Source of the DNA: Candidatus Marinacidobacterium sp.
GTDB lineage: Bacteria > Acidobacteriota > Vicinamibacteria > Marinacidobacterales > Marinacidobacteraceae
Length of the DNA stretch: 64,000 nt
Direction of reading: 5' to 3'
Assembly (NCBI GenBank): GCA_965204755.1
Contig: OZ242011.1
Span: 3,289,656 to 3,353,655 of the forward strand
This document shows positions 29,077 to 38,943 of the stretch, piece after piece (the stretch's first letter is position 1; every line of letters begins with the position of its first letter). Below the pieces are notes generated by a model, which saw only the letters and a program-made list of their open reading frames with translations, did not search any database and was not told where the DNA came from. Position numbers and translations under genes: made by a program.

Positions 29077-29829
29077 GTGTACGAGACGGACCGGCATGGG
29101 GCGCGAGATGCCGCCCCGGATGACGAAGTGGATGATCGGTCCACTCGCCGCAACCGGGTCGGCGGTGTCGCCAGCGAAGTGTCGAACGCGTCCCTTCCGC
29201 CGCTGCCGCTTCAGCGAGCGGCCGTGTTCATCGATGGAAGCAACTGGTACTACGGACTCAGAGGAATCGGGGTTCGCAGCGGCCATCTCCATTATTCGGA
29301 AGTGGCTCGCAAACTCGCCTGCGGCCGGAATGTGTGCGCTGTCCGATACTATGTCGGGAAAGTCACTACGCCTATCGCGACGGCCAAGGCGCAAGACGAC
29401 TTCTTGGCGGCGCTGCGCGAGCAGGGAGTGCGTGTCTCTTTGGGCCGGATGCAGCGCAATCCCATGAGCCGGCGGGCCGCGGATGACCGGAGTCGGCTGG
29501 CTCGCGCCTTCGCGGATCGCGACCATGAGGTTCCGCCCGACCTGATGCGAACGATCGACGCGTTCTGTCGCTCGCGGCCGCCCGAATACCGGGAGAAGCA
29601 GGTGGATACACGGATCGCGGTGGATCTCGTGGACCTGGCGCACCGAGACCGGTACGATGTGGCTTATCTACTCTCCGCAGACGCCGACTTCCTTCCGGCA
29701 GTCCAGGTAGCGCGTCGTCTCGGTAAGGGAGTGTTCGCTGTCGCTCCATCCGGAGGGGACGAACTCAAGGAGGCAGCGACCGGTTTCATAAAGGTCTCGG
29801 CAGACTGGTTCGAGGGCCTGTACGCCTGA
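29077..29829 (+). CDS. NYN-domain (LabA-like/DUF88) PIN-fold ribonuclease
   Basis: AAVFIDGSNWYY ... VDTRIAVDLVDLA ... LLSADADFLPAV motifs. Lower GC. Three possible GTG starts (29077, 29128, 29179). Confidence 0.7.
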   Translation: MYETDRHGARDAAPDDEVDDRSTRRNRVGGVASEVSNASLPPLPLQRAAVFIDGSNWYYGLRGIGVRSGHLHYSEVARKLACGRNVCAVRYYVGKVTTPIATAKAQDDFLAALREQGVRVSLGRMQRNPMSRRAADDRSRLARAFADRDHEVPPDLMRTIDAFCRSRPPEYREKQVDTRIAVDLVDLAHRDRYDVAYLLSADADFLPAVQVARRLGKGVFAVAPSGGDELKEAATGFIKVSADWFEGLYA

Positions 29830-30081
29830 GTAGATCGCGGTTCTCGATGACTCATCGAGACGGCGCCGAGGTCGCGGTCGTCGGCAGGCGACGGATCGCA
29901 GACATAGGCCCGCGCTTAGCTCCGGGTGGCTCCCGTTCTCGCTGCGGCCGCGGAGGCGGGTGGATGCGTACGGGTCTCGGTATCGGAGGCGGATGAGCGC
30001 GTCCGGGCGGGGTGGTCGGATCTGTAGGCGGCAGGGCATACGATCTACCGGCGGCGGCGCATGCGGGGGGAGTTCGGGGTG

Positions 30082-31032
30082 ATGGATGCCCGGCGGGTGG
30101 TTCGGCGGTTGGTTCTCACCGGGGCGGCCGAGGAGGTCGTGGACCCGGGAGGCGGGTTCGCGGTGGCGGGGCGGGCCGGGGACACCGAGATCGCGGTGGC
30201 CGGGGGGCTGCCGCGGACGGCGGCGGCGCGGGCGCGGGGGCTCCGGGCCGCGTGGAGGCGGCGGGTGGGGAACACGCCGCGGACGCTCGTCCTGCTCGCG
30301 GATGATCTCGGTGGGGCTGCGTCCGTCCCGCGGGTGCTCGTCGCCGGGCCGGCGGAGGCCGACGCGGGGCCGTACTCGGTTCCGGCGGAAGCGCTGCTCG
30401 CCGCGGTGGAGGAGTACGCCGAGCGGCCCGACGGGGTGGGGCGGATCCATGCGCTCTCGCGGCAGTTGGAGCGGCTCGCCGGCATCTGCGGCGCGCGGGC
30501 GCGGGCGCCCGAATCCGAAGACTCGTTGGAGCGGCTGCGCGGGACGGAGTGGTGGGAGGGCGCGAGGGAGCGGACGGCCGCGATCCGGCCGGGCGACGGC
30601 TGGCGGGAGATCCTCGGCGCGCTCGGTTACCGGATCGAGCGGCGTCCGGTCGGGTACGCGCTGCGGAGCGGCGGCGGCGCGGTGGCCGCGGTCGTGATTC
30701 CCCGCCGCGACTCGGCCGAGTTCGACGCTTGGGACGACGGCCGTCCTCCCGAAGCGCGGCTCGCGGAACTGGCTCGCGCCGAGGGGGCGGGTCGCGGGAT
30801 GTTCGCCGCCGACGACCGGCTGCGCCGGTTCCGGTTCGACGCGCCGGGCAGCGACGGCGATTGCGGGTGGATCGAACTCGACGCGACCGCGCTCGGCGAG
30901 GAGAATCGACCGTTCCTCGCCCTGCTCGCCGCGGACCCGCTCGAGGTCGCGACCGCTGACGGGCGTTCGGTCGAGCCCGGCGCGCTCGGCCTCGCGACGC
31001 GGGAAGTCGCGGCGTCGCCGGTTTCGGCGTGA
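30082..31032 (+). CDS. standalone paralog of the N-terminal domain of the downstream methyltransferase (function unknown)
   Basis: 316 aa, roughly 45% identical over its full length to residues 1-300 of the 31066..34989 product. Shared blocks: MDA.RVV, RVGN.P..L.LLAD, GPYSVPA, DWWEGA, RPPE.RLA.L, RLR.FRFDA, DWIELDA..L.EE.RPFLAL. Confidence 0.7.
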   Translation: MDARRVVRRLVLTGAAEEVVDPGGGFAVAGRAGDTEIAVAGGLPRTAAARARGLRAAWRRRVGNTPRTLVLLADDLGGAASVPRVLVAGPAEADAGPYSVPAEALLAAVEEYAERPDGVGRIHALSRQLERLAGICGARARAPESEDSLERLRGTEWWEGARERTAAIRPGDGWREILGALGYRIERRPVGYALRSGGGAVAAVVIPRRDSAEFDAWDDGRPPEARLAELARAEGAGRGMFAADDRLRRFRFDAPGSDGDCGWIELDATALGEENRPFLALLAADPLEVATADGRSVEPGALGLATREVAASPVSA

Positions 31033-31065
31033 CGCGCCAGGCCGGAGGACACGGAGTTTCCGACG

Positions 31066-34000
31066 ATGGATGCTGAGCGGGTCGTCAGTACGCTGATCGG
31101 GGACGGGATCGCCGAGGAGGCGAAGCCGCAGGGGGAGTTCGTGCTGTCCGCGCGGATCGGCCGGACGGAGGTCAGCGTTGCCGGATCGCTCTCCGCGGCG
31201 TCGGCGGGCGCGAAGTTGCGGAGCCGGTGGAAGCAGCGGGTCGGGAACAGGCCGCTGAAACTGCTCCTGCTCGCGGATGTGTCGGGCGGCGACGACCGCG
31301 TCGTGGTCGTCGGCCCGTCGAAGGCCGACCAGGGGCCGTATTCCGTCCCGGCCACGGGGCTCTTGGAGAAACTCCGGGCGTTCGCCGATCGACCGGACAA
31401 GGGGGCGCGGCTGCGCTGGCTCACCCGCGAGTTGCAGCGGCTGGGTCTTTCCGGCATTCCCGGAGTTCTGGTGCGGGGTCTGCTGACCGAGCACACGCTG
31501 GAACGCTGGCGGGAGCGCGACTGGTGGGAGGGCGCGAAGCGGACGACCGCCGCCGTCGGGTCGGGAGACACTTGGCGGGACCTCTTCGGCAAACTCGGCT
31601 ACGAGTTGGAACAACAGCCGGAGGGCTACTTTCTGCGGGCCGGGGCGGCGCCGGTCGCGGCGGCGATCGCGTTCAGCGAGTCGGACCAGTTCGACCGCTT
31701 CGACGAAAACAACCGCCCGCCCGAGGGACGGCTCGCCGACCTGTGCGCGTCCGCGAACCTGCGCTACGGGATACTCGCGGCCCGCGGGAGGTTGCGCCTC
31801 TTCCGGTTCGATGCGCTGGACGGGAGCGGCGCCTCCGACTGGATCGAACTCGACGCCGCCGAACTCCGGGAAGAGGATCGGCCGTTCCTCGCCCTCTTCG
31901 CCTCCGAGTCGCTGGTTCCTGACGGTCGCTTCGATGCGGTGCTGAGCGACTCGCGCCGATACGGGGTGGAACTCTGGAAGCGGCTGGACAACCGCATCCG
32001 GGACCGCGCGCTCCCGGTGCTTGCCGAGGAGATGGAGGTCTGGGCGAAGGCAACCGGACTCGATCTGTCGGACCCGGCAGTCCGCAAGGACCTGGAACAG
32101 GCCTCCCTGACGCTGGCGTTCCGGCTGTTGTTCGTTCTCTACGCCGAGAGCGCCGGGTATCTGCCGATGAGCAACGCCGAGTACGAGGGTGCCAGTCTCA
32201 CGAGACTCGTACGGGAAGCGAGGCGGACGAGGGATCGGCTCGACGACAAGTCCACGGCGCTGTGGCTCCGGTTCGTGGTGCTGGTGCAGGCCATGCGCGG
32301 CGGCAACTCTGCCTGGAAGGTGCCGGCCTACAACGGAGCCCTGTTCTCCTCGGACGCTTTCCTCGGGGCGGAGACCCTGGAGCGCCTGTCGCTTCGGGAT
32401 CCCGGGTTCGGCAGCGTCCTGACACTGCTCGGTTGGGACGAGAAGCACGATTGCGGCGTGGACTACTCCACCATCGAGATCGGCCATTTGGGACACATCT
32501 ACGAGTCCCTGCTCACTCGGCAACTGACGCTGGCGCAGCGGGACCTGGTGTACGACGCGAAGAAGGACCGGTACCGCCCGCCGAAATTCAGCGAAGCCAG
32601 GGAGCCCGTCGTTTCCGCCGGGTCGCTGCTCTGGCAAACCCATCTCGGCGGAAGGAAGGCCGGGGGCGTGTACTACACCCCGTCCCCGCTGGTGCGGCAC
32701 CTCGTTGAGCGGGCGGTCGCGCCGGCGTTCGAGCGGCACCTCGACCAAGTGCGGAAGACGGCGGAGACCGACCCGGAGAGCGCCGCCGACCAGTTGCTCG
32801 ATTTCGCCGTGCTCGACCCGGCGTGCGGGAGCGCCCACTTCCTCGTGGAAGTCTTGGATCGTCTCGCCGACTTGACGGCTCGCTTCCTCGGAAACCAGCC
32901 GCTCCCGGCGATCGCGGCGCGCATGGAGACTCTGCGCGCCGCCGCCGGAAGCGACAGCGGAATCCGGGACATGACGCTACTGCGCCGTCTTCTGCTGAAG
33001 CACTGCATCTACGGCGTGGATGTGAGTCCGATGGGCGTCGAGATCGCCACCCTGTCGCTTTGGTTGGCCGCGTTCGTGCCCGGTCTCTCGCTGTCCTACC
33101 TCGGGCGGAATGTCATTCGCGGAAACTCGCTGCTCGGAGTCGCCGATCGGGAAACCGTGGTGAAGCCGCACGCGTTCGAGAGCGATGAACTCCGGGAAAG
33201 TCTGAAGAATGCAGCGGAGGCGGCCGCCGAGTTGGCTGACAATCCGGACCGGACTCCCGAGGAGTATGACCAGAGTTCGGCGGCGGACCATGCCGCCCAA
33301 ACGTTCGCGGCGGGTGCGAAGCGACTCTTCGATCTGTGGACTGCCGAGGCGGAGGTTTCGGACTGCCGGAGGTATCTTGGGGGTCGGGGCAAAGCGATTC
33401 TCGACGACGATCTCGACGATCGTGGTCGGGAGCTTGTACCAGCGGCCGCCGACTACGCCCGGCGATGGGATGTCCTTCACTGGCCGGTCGCCTTCCCCCA
33501 TGTCTTCGCGCGGGAGCGGCCGGGATTCGACGCTGTTGTCGGCAATCCTCCGTGGGAAGAGGTCACTGTCGAGGAACTCGACATCTATGTGATGGTGAGT
33601 CCCGGACTGAACACGCTTCCGGAGGATCAGCGGCTCCTGGCGGTCGCCGAACTCGACGAACAGGATCCGGCGCTGCGGTCGCGCGTTCTTCGGGAGAAGG
33701 GCCGGGCGAGGACTCAGAGGCGGGGACTCGGTGTCGGAGAATACGAAGGCTCCCCCGGCGATCCAGACCTCTACAAGTACTTCTGCCAGCGCTACCGGAA
33801 ACTGCTGCGGGCCGACGGGGCGTTCGGTGTCGTCCTGCCGAGGACGGCTTTCAGCGCCAAGGGGTCGGCGAAGTTCCGCGAGTGGCTCTACGGTCAGATC
33901 ACGGTAGATCGGGTCGATTTCTTGGTGAACACGAAGCAGTGGGCCTTCGACAGCACGCCGAAGTACACGATCGCCCTGTTGGCGGCACGGAACCGGAGGT

Positions 34001-34989
34001 CGCCACCGAGTCACCGGGCGGAGTTCGCGGGCACGGCTGATTCGCCCGAGGCCTGGAGGAGGCAAGTGTCGCAAGATGGCGTCGGTCTTGCGGCAGGGTG
34101 CTTCGGCCCCGAATGGGAGACGCCCCTCGTTCGTTCGCAGGACGAAGCGGATCTGCTTGAACGAGTTCGTCGCGGTTCGCGATTCCCGCTGGGGTCGGGA
34201 AGTCGGTGGTGGTGCTTTCCCGTGGCCGAACTTCATGAAACGAACGACAGACCCCTTTGGCTGGCGCAGACCTCCGGTCTTCCGCTCTGGAAGGGTGCGA
34301 GTTTCGGACCGTACGAGCCAAGAGGGACGGACGGCCGTCATTTCCCGCAGGAGGAGGAGTTGCTCCGCCGCAAACTCCACAAGCGCTCGCCGGGCAGCGG
34401 CTCACTGCTTGGACGAAAGTCCAAAACAGCACGCCAAGCCGCGGTGCGGAAGGAGGTGAGACGCGCCCGCGTCGCCTTTCACGATGTAGCCCGTGCGACG
34501 GACCCGCGCACCGTAGTCGCCTGCCTGATCCCCCCTACAGTTCTCCTGACCAACACGGCGCCCTATCTCGCGTTCCTTCACGGTGCGGAGAGGGAGCAGG
34601 CAGCCTGCCTGGGTGTCCTGAACAGTCTTCCGTTCGATTGGCAGGCCCGGCGGTTCGTCGAACTCCATGTGAACTTTTTCATCCTTGAGGGATTGATCGT
34701 TCCGGACATGGAGGAGAGCGACTTCGAGGTCGTTGCCGGGGCGTCGGCGCGGCTTTCCGCCGTGGACGACCGTTTCGCGGACTTTGCGAAGGCTACCGGG
34801 GTCAAGTGCGGTCCCGTCGAGGAGGATGAACGGAGCGAATTGCGAGCGGAGATCGATGCCCGCGTCGCCCGCGCCTGGAAACTCGACGAGAACGACCTCG
34901 ACCTGATGTTCGCCGATTTCAGCGAGTCGGCGGTGTCGGCGGACTACCGGGAAGCCGTGCGAATCCGTCTGCGGGCGTTGAACGCCTGA
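31066..34989 (+). CDS. PglX/Eco57I-like N6-adenine DNA methyltransferase (1307 aa) with extra N-terminal domain
   Basis: Helical region typical of PglX and type IIG enzymes (LLFVLYAESAGYLP...YNGALF...IGHLGHIYESLL). Motif I LDPACGSAHFL and motif IV VVGNPPW, followed by a long C-terminal target-recognition-like region. Confidence 0.8.
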   Translation: MDAERVVSTLIGDGIAEEAKPQGEFVLSARIGRTEVSVAGSLSAASAGAKLRSRWKQRVGNRPLKLLLLADVSGGDDRVVVVGPSKADQGPYSVPATGLLEKLRAFADRPDKGARLRWLTRELQRLGLSGIPGVLVRGLLTEHTLERWRERDWWEGAKRTTAAVGSGDTWRDLFGKLGYELEQQPEGYFLRAGAAPVAAAIAFSESDQFDRFDENNRPPEGRLADLCASANLRYGILAARGRLRLFRFDALDGSGASDWIELDAAELREEDRPFLALFASESLVPDGRFDAVLSDSRRYGVELWKRLDNRIRDRALPVLAEEMEVWAKATGLDLSDPAVRKDLEQASLTLAFRLLFVLYAESAGYLPMSNAEYEGASLTRLVREARRTRDRLDDKSTALWLRFVVLVQAMRGGNSAWKVPAYNGALFSSDAFLGAETLERLSLRDPGFGSVLTLLGWDEKHDCGVDYSTIEIGHLGHIYESLLTRQLTLAQRDLVYDAKKDRYRPPKFSEAREPVVSAGSLLWQTHLGGRKAGGVYYTPSPLVRHLVERAVAPAFERHLDQVRKTAETDPESAADQLLDFAVLDPACGSAHFLVEVLDRLADLTARFLGNQPLPAIAARMETLRAAAGSDSGIRDMTLLRRLLLKHCIYGVDVSPMGVEIATLSLWLAAFVPGLSLSYLGRNVIRGNSLLGVADRETVVKPHAFESDELRESLKNAAEAAAELADNPDRTPEEYDQSSAADHAAQTFAAGAKRLFDLWTAEAEVSDCRRYLGGRGKAILDDDLDDRGRELVPAAADYARRWDVLHWPVAFPHVFARERPGFDAVVGNPPWEEVTVEELDIYVMVSPGLNTLPEDQRLLAVAELDEQDPALRSRVLREKGRARTQRRGLGVGEYEGSPGDPDLYKYFCQRYRKLLRADGAFGVVLPRTAFSAKGSAKFREWLYGQITVDRVDFLVNTKQWAFDSTPKYTIALLAARNRRSPPSHRAEFAGTADSPEAWRRQVSQDGVGLAAGCFGPEWETPLVRSQDEADLLERVRRGSRFPLGSGSRWWCFPVAELHETNDRPLWLAQTSGLPLWKGASFGPYEPRGTDGRHFPQEEELLRRKLHKRSPGSGSLLGRKSKTARQAAVRKEVRRARVAFHDVARATDPRTVVACLIPPTVLLTNTAPYLAFLHGAEREQAACLGVLNSLPFDWQARRFVELHVNFFILEGLIVPDMEESDFEVVAGASARLSAVDDRFADFAKATGVKCGPVEEDERSELRAEIDARVARAWKLDENDLDLMFADFSESAVSADYREAVRIRLRALNA

Positions 34990-35002
34990 TCGTCGTCGCG
35001 CG

Positions 35003-38000
35003 GTGAGTCGGCGTCCGCTTCCGCCGCCCCCCGCGGCCGTGTCGGTGCGTCCGACCCTGCTCGACAACCTCGAATTCGGGACCCACCGAGTCGGACTCGG
35101 CGCTCTCGCCTCCGACGATCCGAAGGACGCTCCGGTGTCCGTCGCCACCGGGTATGTGAATCTCGGGGGGCTCGCGGCGCTCGCGCAGGTCACGGAGACG
35201 CCGGCACGGCCGGTGCGGCTCCTGATCGGGGTCGCGCCTCCGCCCGGCGGCGGAGGAGCGCGGGCTTTGGTCAGGAAGTTCTTCGACGAGGCGCTTCAGG
35301 AGGTCCGCCGCGACCGGAACTTCGGGCGCTTTCCGCCGAGCCGGGCGAGGAGGAGTATCGGCCCGGTGGCCGAGTGGCTGAAGCGGCCCGAGGTCGAAGT
35401 CCGGCGGTACCAGGGAGCGTTCCTCCACGGGAAGGCGTACTTGTTCGGCGACGCCGGCAACCCGCGGGCGGCGCTCGTGTCCTCGGCGAACCTGACCGCC
35501 GCCGGGATGGAGAAGAACCTGGAACTCGGCTTGGTCGAGTACGGCCCGGACACCGTGGCCAAGGCCATCCGCTGGTTCGACCGCCTGTGGAAGTCCGACC
35601 AGGCCCGGGACTTCAAGGAGACGCTGGAGAAGTTGCTGGGCGCGGACCCGCTCCTCGACGCGCTGGAAGATCCGCGGGCGATCTACCTCCGGATCCTGCT
35701 CGAGTACTTCGGGGACGAGTTGGAGAAGGATCCGCCGCGGCCGCAGGCGGTCACCCTGGCCGACTTCCAGTGGGACGGGTTCCGGCGGGCGCTCCGGATC
35801 CTGGACAAGTGCGGCGGCGTGATCTACGCGGACGGCGTCGGCACCGGCAAGACGGAGATCGGGCTGGCGCTGCTGGAGCGGTACGCGGTCGGGGAAGGCA
35901 AACACGCGCTGGTGGTGGCGCCGGCGCAACTGGTGAAGACCTGGCAGGACCGGATCGACGAGGGAAACCTGCCGGGCCGGGTCGTTTCCTTCCACCAGTT
36001 GGCCGACGACCGGCGACTGAACCCGGAGGGGCGCGGCCGACACCTCCCCGCCGACAAGGACACCTACCGGCTGATCGTCGTGGACGAAGCGCACGCCTTC
36101 CGCAATCCGGACACCGGTTGGCACCGGGCGCTCTCCCGGCTGCTCGGCGGGAAACCCAAGCACGCGGTCTTCCTCACGGCCACGCCGATCAACAACGGCC
36201 TGCCGGACCTCTTCCACCTGGTGATGGCCTTCGCCCGCCACGACGCGGCGTTCGCCGAGCACGGGATCCGCTCGCTGCGGGCGCTGTTCCGGTCGGCGGG
36301 GGCGTTCAGCCGGGACGGGGAGAACCTGGACGCGGACCGCCTGTTCCCGCTCGCCGACCTGGTGAGCGTCCGGCGCGACCGGGCGTTCATCGAGAAGCAC
36401 TACCCGGACGCCAAGTTCCCGGACGGGAGGCCGCTGCGCTTCCCGAAGCCTCGACTCGAGACGGCGCGCTACGCGATAGACGAGGTATGGCCCGGGCTGG
36501 TCGCCGAGATCACTGACGCCGTGAACGAACTGACCCTCGCCCGCTACCGCCCCGAGCACTACGCGGTCGGTGAGGCGAGGGAAGAGGACCGCAACGATAC
36601 GGGGATCACCGGCCTGCTGCGCTCGGCGATCCTCAAGCGGTTCGAGTCCTGCCACGAGTCCTGCCGCCTGACCGTGGAGCGCATGGAGAAGGCGCACGAG
36701 GCGTTCCTCGCGGCCTGGGATGCCGGGTTCGTTCCCGGCTCCGAGGCGCTGCGGGAAATCGTGGAGGCGGACCTCGACGAGACGGCGGCGGCCGCGTGGC
36801 TCGGCGACGAGATCGAAGACGGACGGAGCCGACCGGTCGCGGACTTCGACGCCCTGCTTCGGCAACAGGTGGCGGACGACCTGGAGCGCCTGCGGAGGTT
36901 CCACCGGCGCCTGGAAGAGACCCGGCAGGGCGACGATCCGAAACTCCGGCTGCTGGTCCGGCTGATCGAGGAGTCGCCGTCGGAAAAGGTCGTCGTCTTC
37001 TCCGCGTTCGCCGATACGGTGCGCTATCTCGACGAAAAACTCCCGGAGGTCGTGGACGGACGGCGCCGCGCAGTCGTGATCGGCGAGGAGACCGCGCCCG
37101 ACGAGCGGATGCGCCGCCTCGAGAGTTTCGCCCCGAAGAGCGTCGTCGGCGAGGATCACGAACTCCCGGACGAAGTGCAGGAAGTGGATCTCCTGCTCAG
37201 CAACGATGTCCTCTCGGAAGGGCAGAACCTGCAGCAGGCGGGAGCGGTCGTCAGTTACGACTTCCCGTGGAACCCGCAGCGGGTCGTCCAGCGCTACGGG
37301 CGGGTCATCCGGCTCAAGAGTCCGCACGACGAGGTGTATCTCACGACCATGCTGCCGGCGCCGGGAGACCTCGAACTCCTGCTGAAACTCGAGGCGGCCA
37401 TCCGGCGCAAACTGACCGCGGCGCGGCTCTACGGCATGGATGTGGAGGTGGTCGAAGGCGGGGCGCCGGAAGCGGAGTTGATGTCCTTCGCGGAGCGGCT
37501 CGCCGCCCACGACCCGACCCTGCTCCGCGAATCCGTCGGATCCGGCATCGGGGCGGCGTTCAGCGGGGAATCGCTGCGCGCGGACTTCCATCGCGCCCTC
37601 ATGGAAGGCGAACTGCGGAAACTGCGCAACCTGCCTTGGGGCGTGGGCGCCGCGTTCCGCCTGCCGGCGCCGGGCCGGTCCGGAGCGGCGACGGCAGCCC
37701 CCGGCGAATCGTGGGCCCGGACGCCGGGAGTCTTCTTCGCCTGCCGGACGAAGCGGGACGACCGCTATTGGCGTTTCGTACCGCTCGAGGGTTCGGGGAC
37801 CGGGCCGGAACCGGAGGCGCTCCACCTGCGGCGGATCGCGCCGCCGCGAGGAGTGTCCGGTCTGACCTCCCTGCCGGAGGAGGCGGACCTGGAACGGGCT
37901 TGGGAAACCGCCGCGGAGTCCATCGTGAAGGAGCACAACGAACTCGCCGAGGCGAGTTTGGAGGAGGCGTCGGTGGGGCCGCGGCAGGCGTGGGCGCTCG

Positions 38001-38284
38001 GCGTGCTCGACGACCCCGACCACGGCCTCTCCGACGAGGAAGCCGACCATGCTTCGGAGGCGCTCCGCGTGGGCCGCAGCCAGTCCATCCGCCGCGAGTT
38101 GGGCCGGATCGAGAAGGAACTCGAGGACAAGGCCATCTCCCTCTCCGAGGCCGCCGGCCGCATCGTGGCCCTCGTGAAGTCGGAGGGCCTCCGCCCGGTG
38201 GAGCCCCCCAAACCCCTCGAACCCATCGAAGGCGAACAAGACTTGGGCGTCGTCTGCTGGATGGCCCTCCTTCCTTCGGCGTAG
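35003..38284 (+). CDS. PLD-family nuclease fused to SNF2-family helicase (1093 aa)
   Basis: N-terminal HKD motif FLHGKAYLF...SSANLTAAGMEKNLELG. Helicase motifs DGVGTGKT, VVDEAHAFRN, LLSNDVLSEGQNLQ, VVQRYGRVIR. GTG start 14 nt after the methyltransferase stop. Confidence 0.8.
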   Translation: MSRRPLPPPPAAVSVRPTLLDNLEFGTHRVGLGALASDDPKDAPVSVATGYVNLGGLAALAQVTETPARPVRLLIGVAPPPGGGGARALVRKFFDEALQEVRRDRNFGRFPPSRARRSIGPVAEWLKRPEVEVRRYQGAFLHGKAYLFGDAGNPRAALVSSANLTAAGMEKNLELGLVEYGPDTVAKAIRWFDRLWKSDQARDFKETLEKLLGADPLLDALEDPRAIYLRILLEYFGDELEKDPPRPQAVTLADFQWDGFRRALRILDKCGGVIYADGVGTGKTEIGLALLERYAVGEGKHALVVAPAQLVKTWQDRIDEGNLPGRVVSFHQLADDRRLNPEGRGRHLPADKDTYRLIVVDEAHAFRNPDTGWHRALSRLLGGKPKHAVFLTATPINNGLPDLFHLVMAFARHDAAFAEHGIRSLRALFRSAGAFSRDGENLDADRLFPLADLVSVRRDRAFIEKHYPDAKFPDGRPLRFPKPRLETARYAIDEVWPGLVAEITDAVNELTLARYRPEHYAVGEAREEDRNDTGITGLLRSAILKRFESCHESCRLTVERMEKAHEAFLAAWDAGFVPGSEALREIVEADLDETAAAAWLGDEIEDGRSRPVADFDALLRQQVADDLERLRRFHRRLEETRQGDDPKLRLLVRLIEESPSEKVVVFSAFADTVRYLDEKLPEVVDGRRRAVVIGEETAPDERMRRLESFAPKSVVGEDHELPDEVQEVDLLLSNDVLSEGQNLQQAGAVVSYDFPWNPQRVVQRYGRVIRLKSPHDEVYLTTMLPAPGDLELLLKLEAAIRRKLTAARLYGMDVEVVEGGAPEAELMSFAERLAAHDPTLLRESVGSGIGAAFSGESLRADFHRALMEGELRKLRNLPWGVGAAFRLPAPGRSGAATAAPGESWARTPGVFFACRTKRDDRYWRFVPLEGSGTGPEPEALHLRRIAPPRGVSGLTSLPEEADLERAWETAAESIVKEHNELAEASLEEASVGPRQAWALGVLDDPDHGLSDEEADHASEALRVGRSQSIRRELGRIEKELEDKAISLSEAAGRIVALVKSEGLRPVEPPKPLEPIEGEQDLGVVCWMALLPSA

Positions 38285-38407
38285 CAGGGGCGGTTCGCTC
38301 CCTTCCGGGCAGAACGGAGGAACGCGCGGCGGGCCCGGCTGACGGTCGCGACTGCCGGGAAGCCGCGGGGCCTGCTCGGTATGGAGAGGCCGGCTAGACT
38401 GGTTCCC

Positions 38408-38830
38408 ATGCGCCCGGAAATCGGTTCGGGGCCGTTCCGACCCGGAACCGGCCGCCCCCCGCCGTATCTCGCCGGGCGGGAGGAAGAGCAGGACCTCTTC
38501 CTGATGCTGCTCGCCGACTTGAAGCCGTTTTCGACCGGCAGCGGGACGACTACTACGCCGACCGCCACGACGAACTGGAAACTGCGGCTGCTGCGCCCGG
38601 CGCGAGAGGTCGCGGAGGCATTCGAGTCGCAACCACTCCTCTCCGGCGAGGCACTGGAGGCCGCCATCCGGCGAGGTTTCGGCGAGGACGCCGGCGACGA
38701 CCAAGTGGACGCGACGGCGCAGCAGTTCCGCCATCTCGGCTACATCTGGCGGGCCGGAACCCGTCGGCCGTGGGAACCGGGCATTCCCAGCCTGATGGAC
38801 TACATCCTCCGGGAAGTCCCCGCGCCGTAA
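38408..38830 (+). pseudogene. internally deleted, frameshifted duplicate of the downstream AAA ATPase gene
   Basis: The first ~40 codons match the ATPase N-terminus (MRPEIGSGPFRPGTGRPPPYLAGREEEQDLF vs VRSEIGGGPFQPGSGVLPPHLAGREREQDLF). The last ~80 codons match its C-terminus almost exactly (LRLLRPAREVAEAFESQ...PGIPSLMDYILREVP). The intervening ~850 nt are missing. A linker runs in a shifted frame and a 2-nt deletion restores it. Confidence 0.55.
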
Positions 38831-38943
38831 GCCGGCGAGCCGCCTCCGGAATCTCTGCGGTGCGGGAAGCGCTCCACGACCCCCGAGAACCACGAGGGAT
38901 TCGCCGCCGCTCGGCGCCGGGACTTCCGGCTAAACTGGTTCTC

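Noticed and set aside
34919-38893. 1324-aa minus-strand ORF
   Set aside because: Antisense of the PLD-SNF2 helicase gene, which carries unambiguous motifs on the plus strand.
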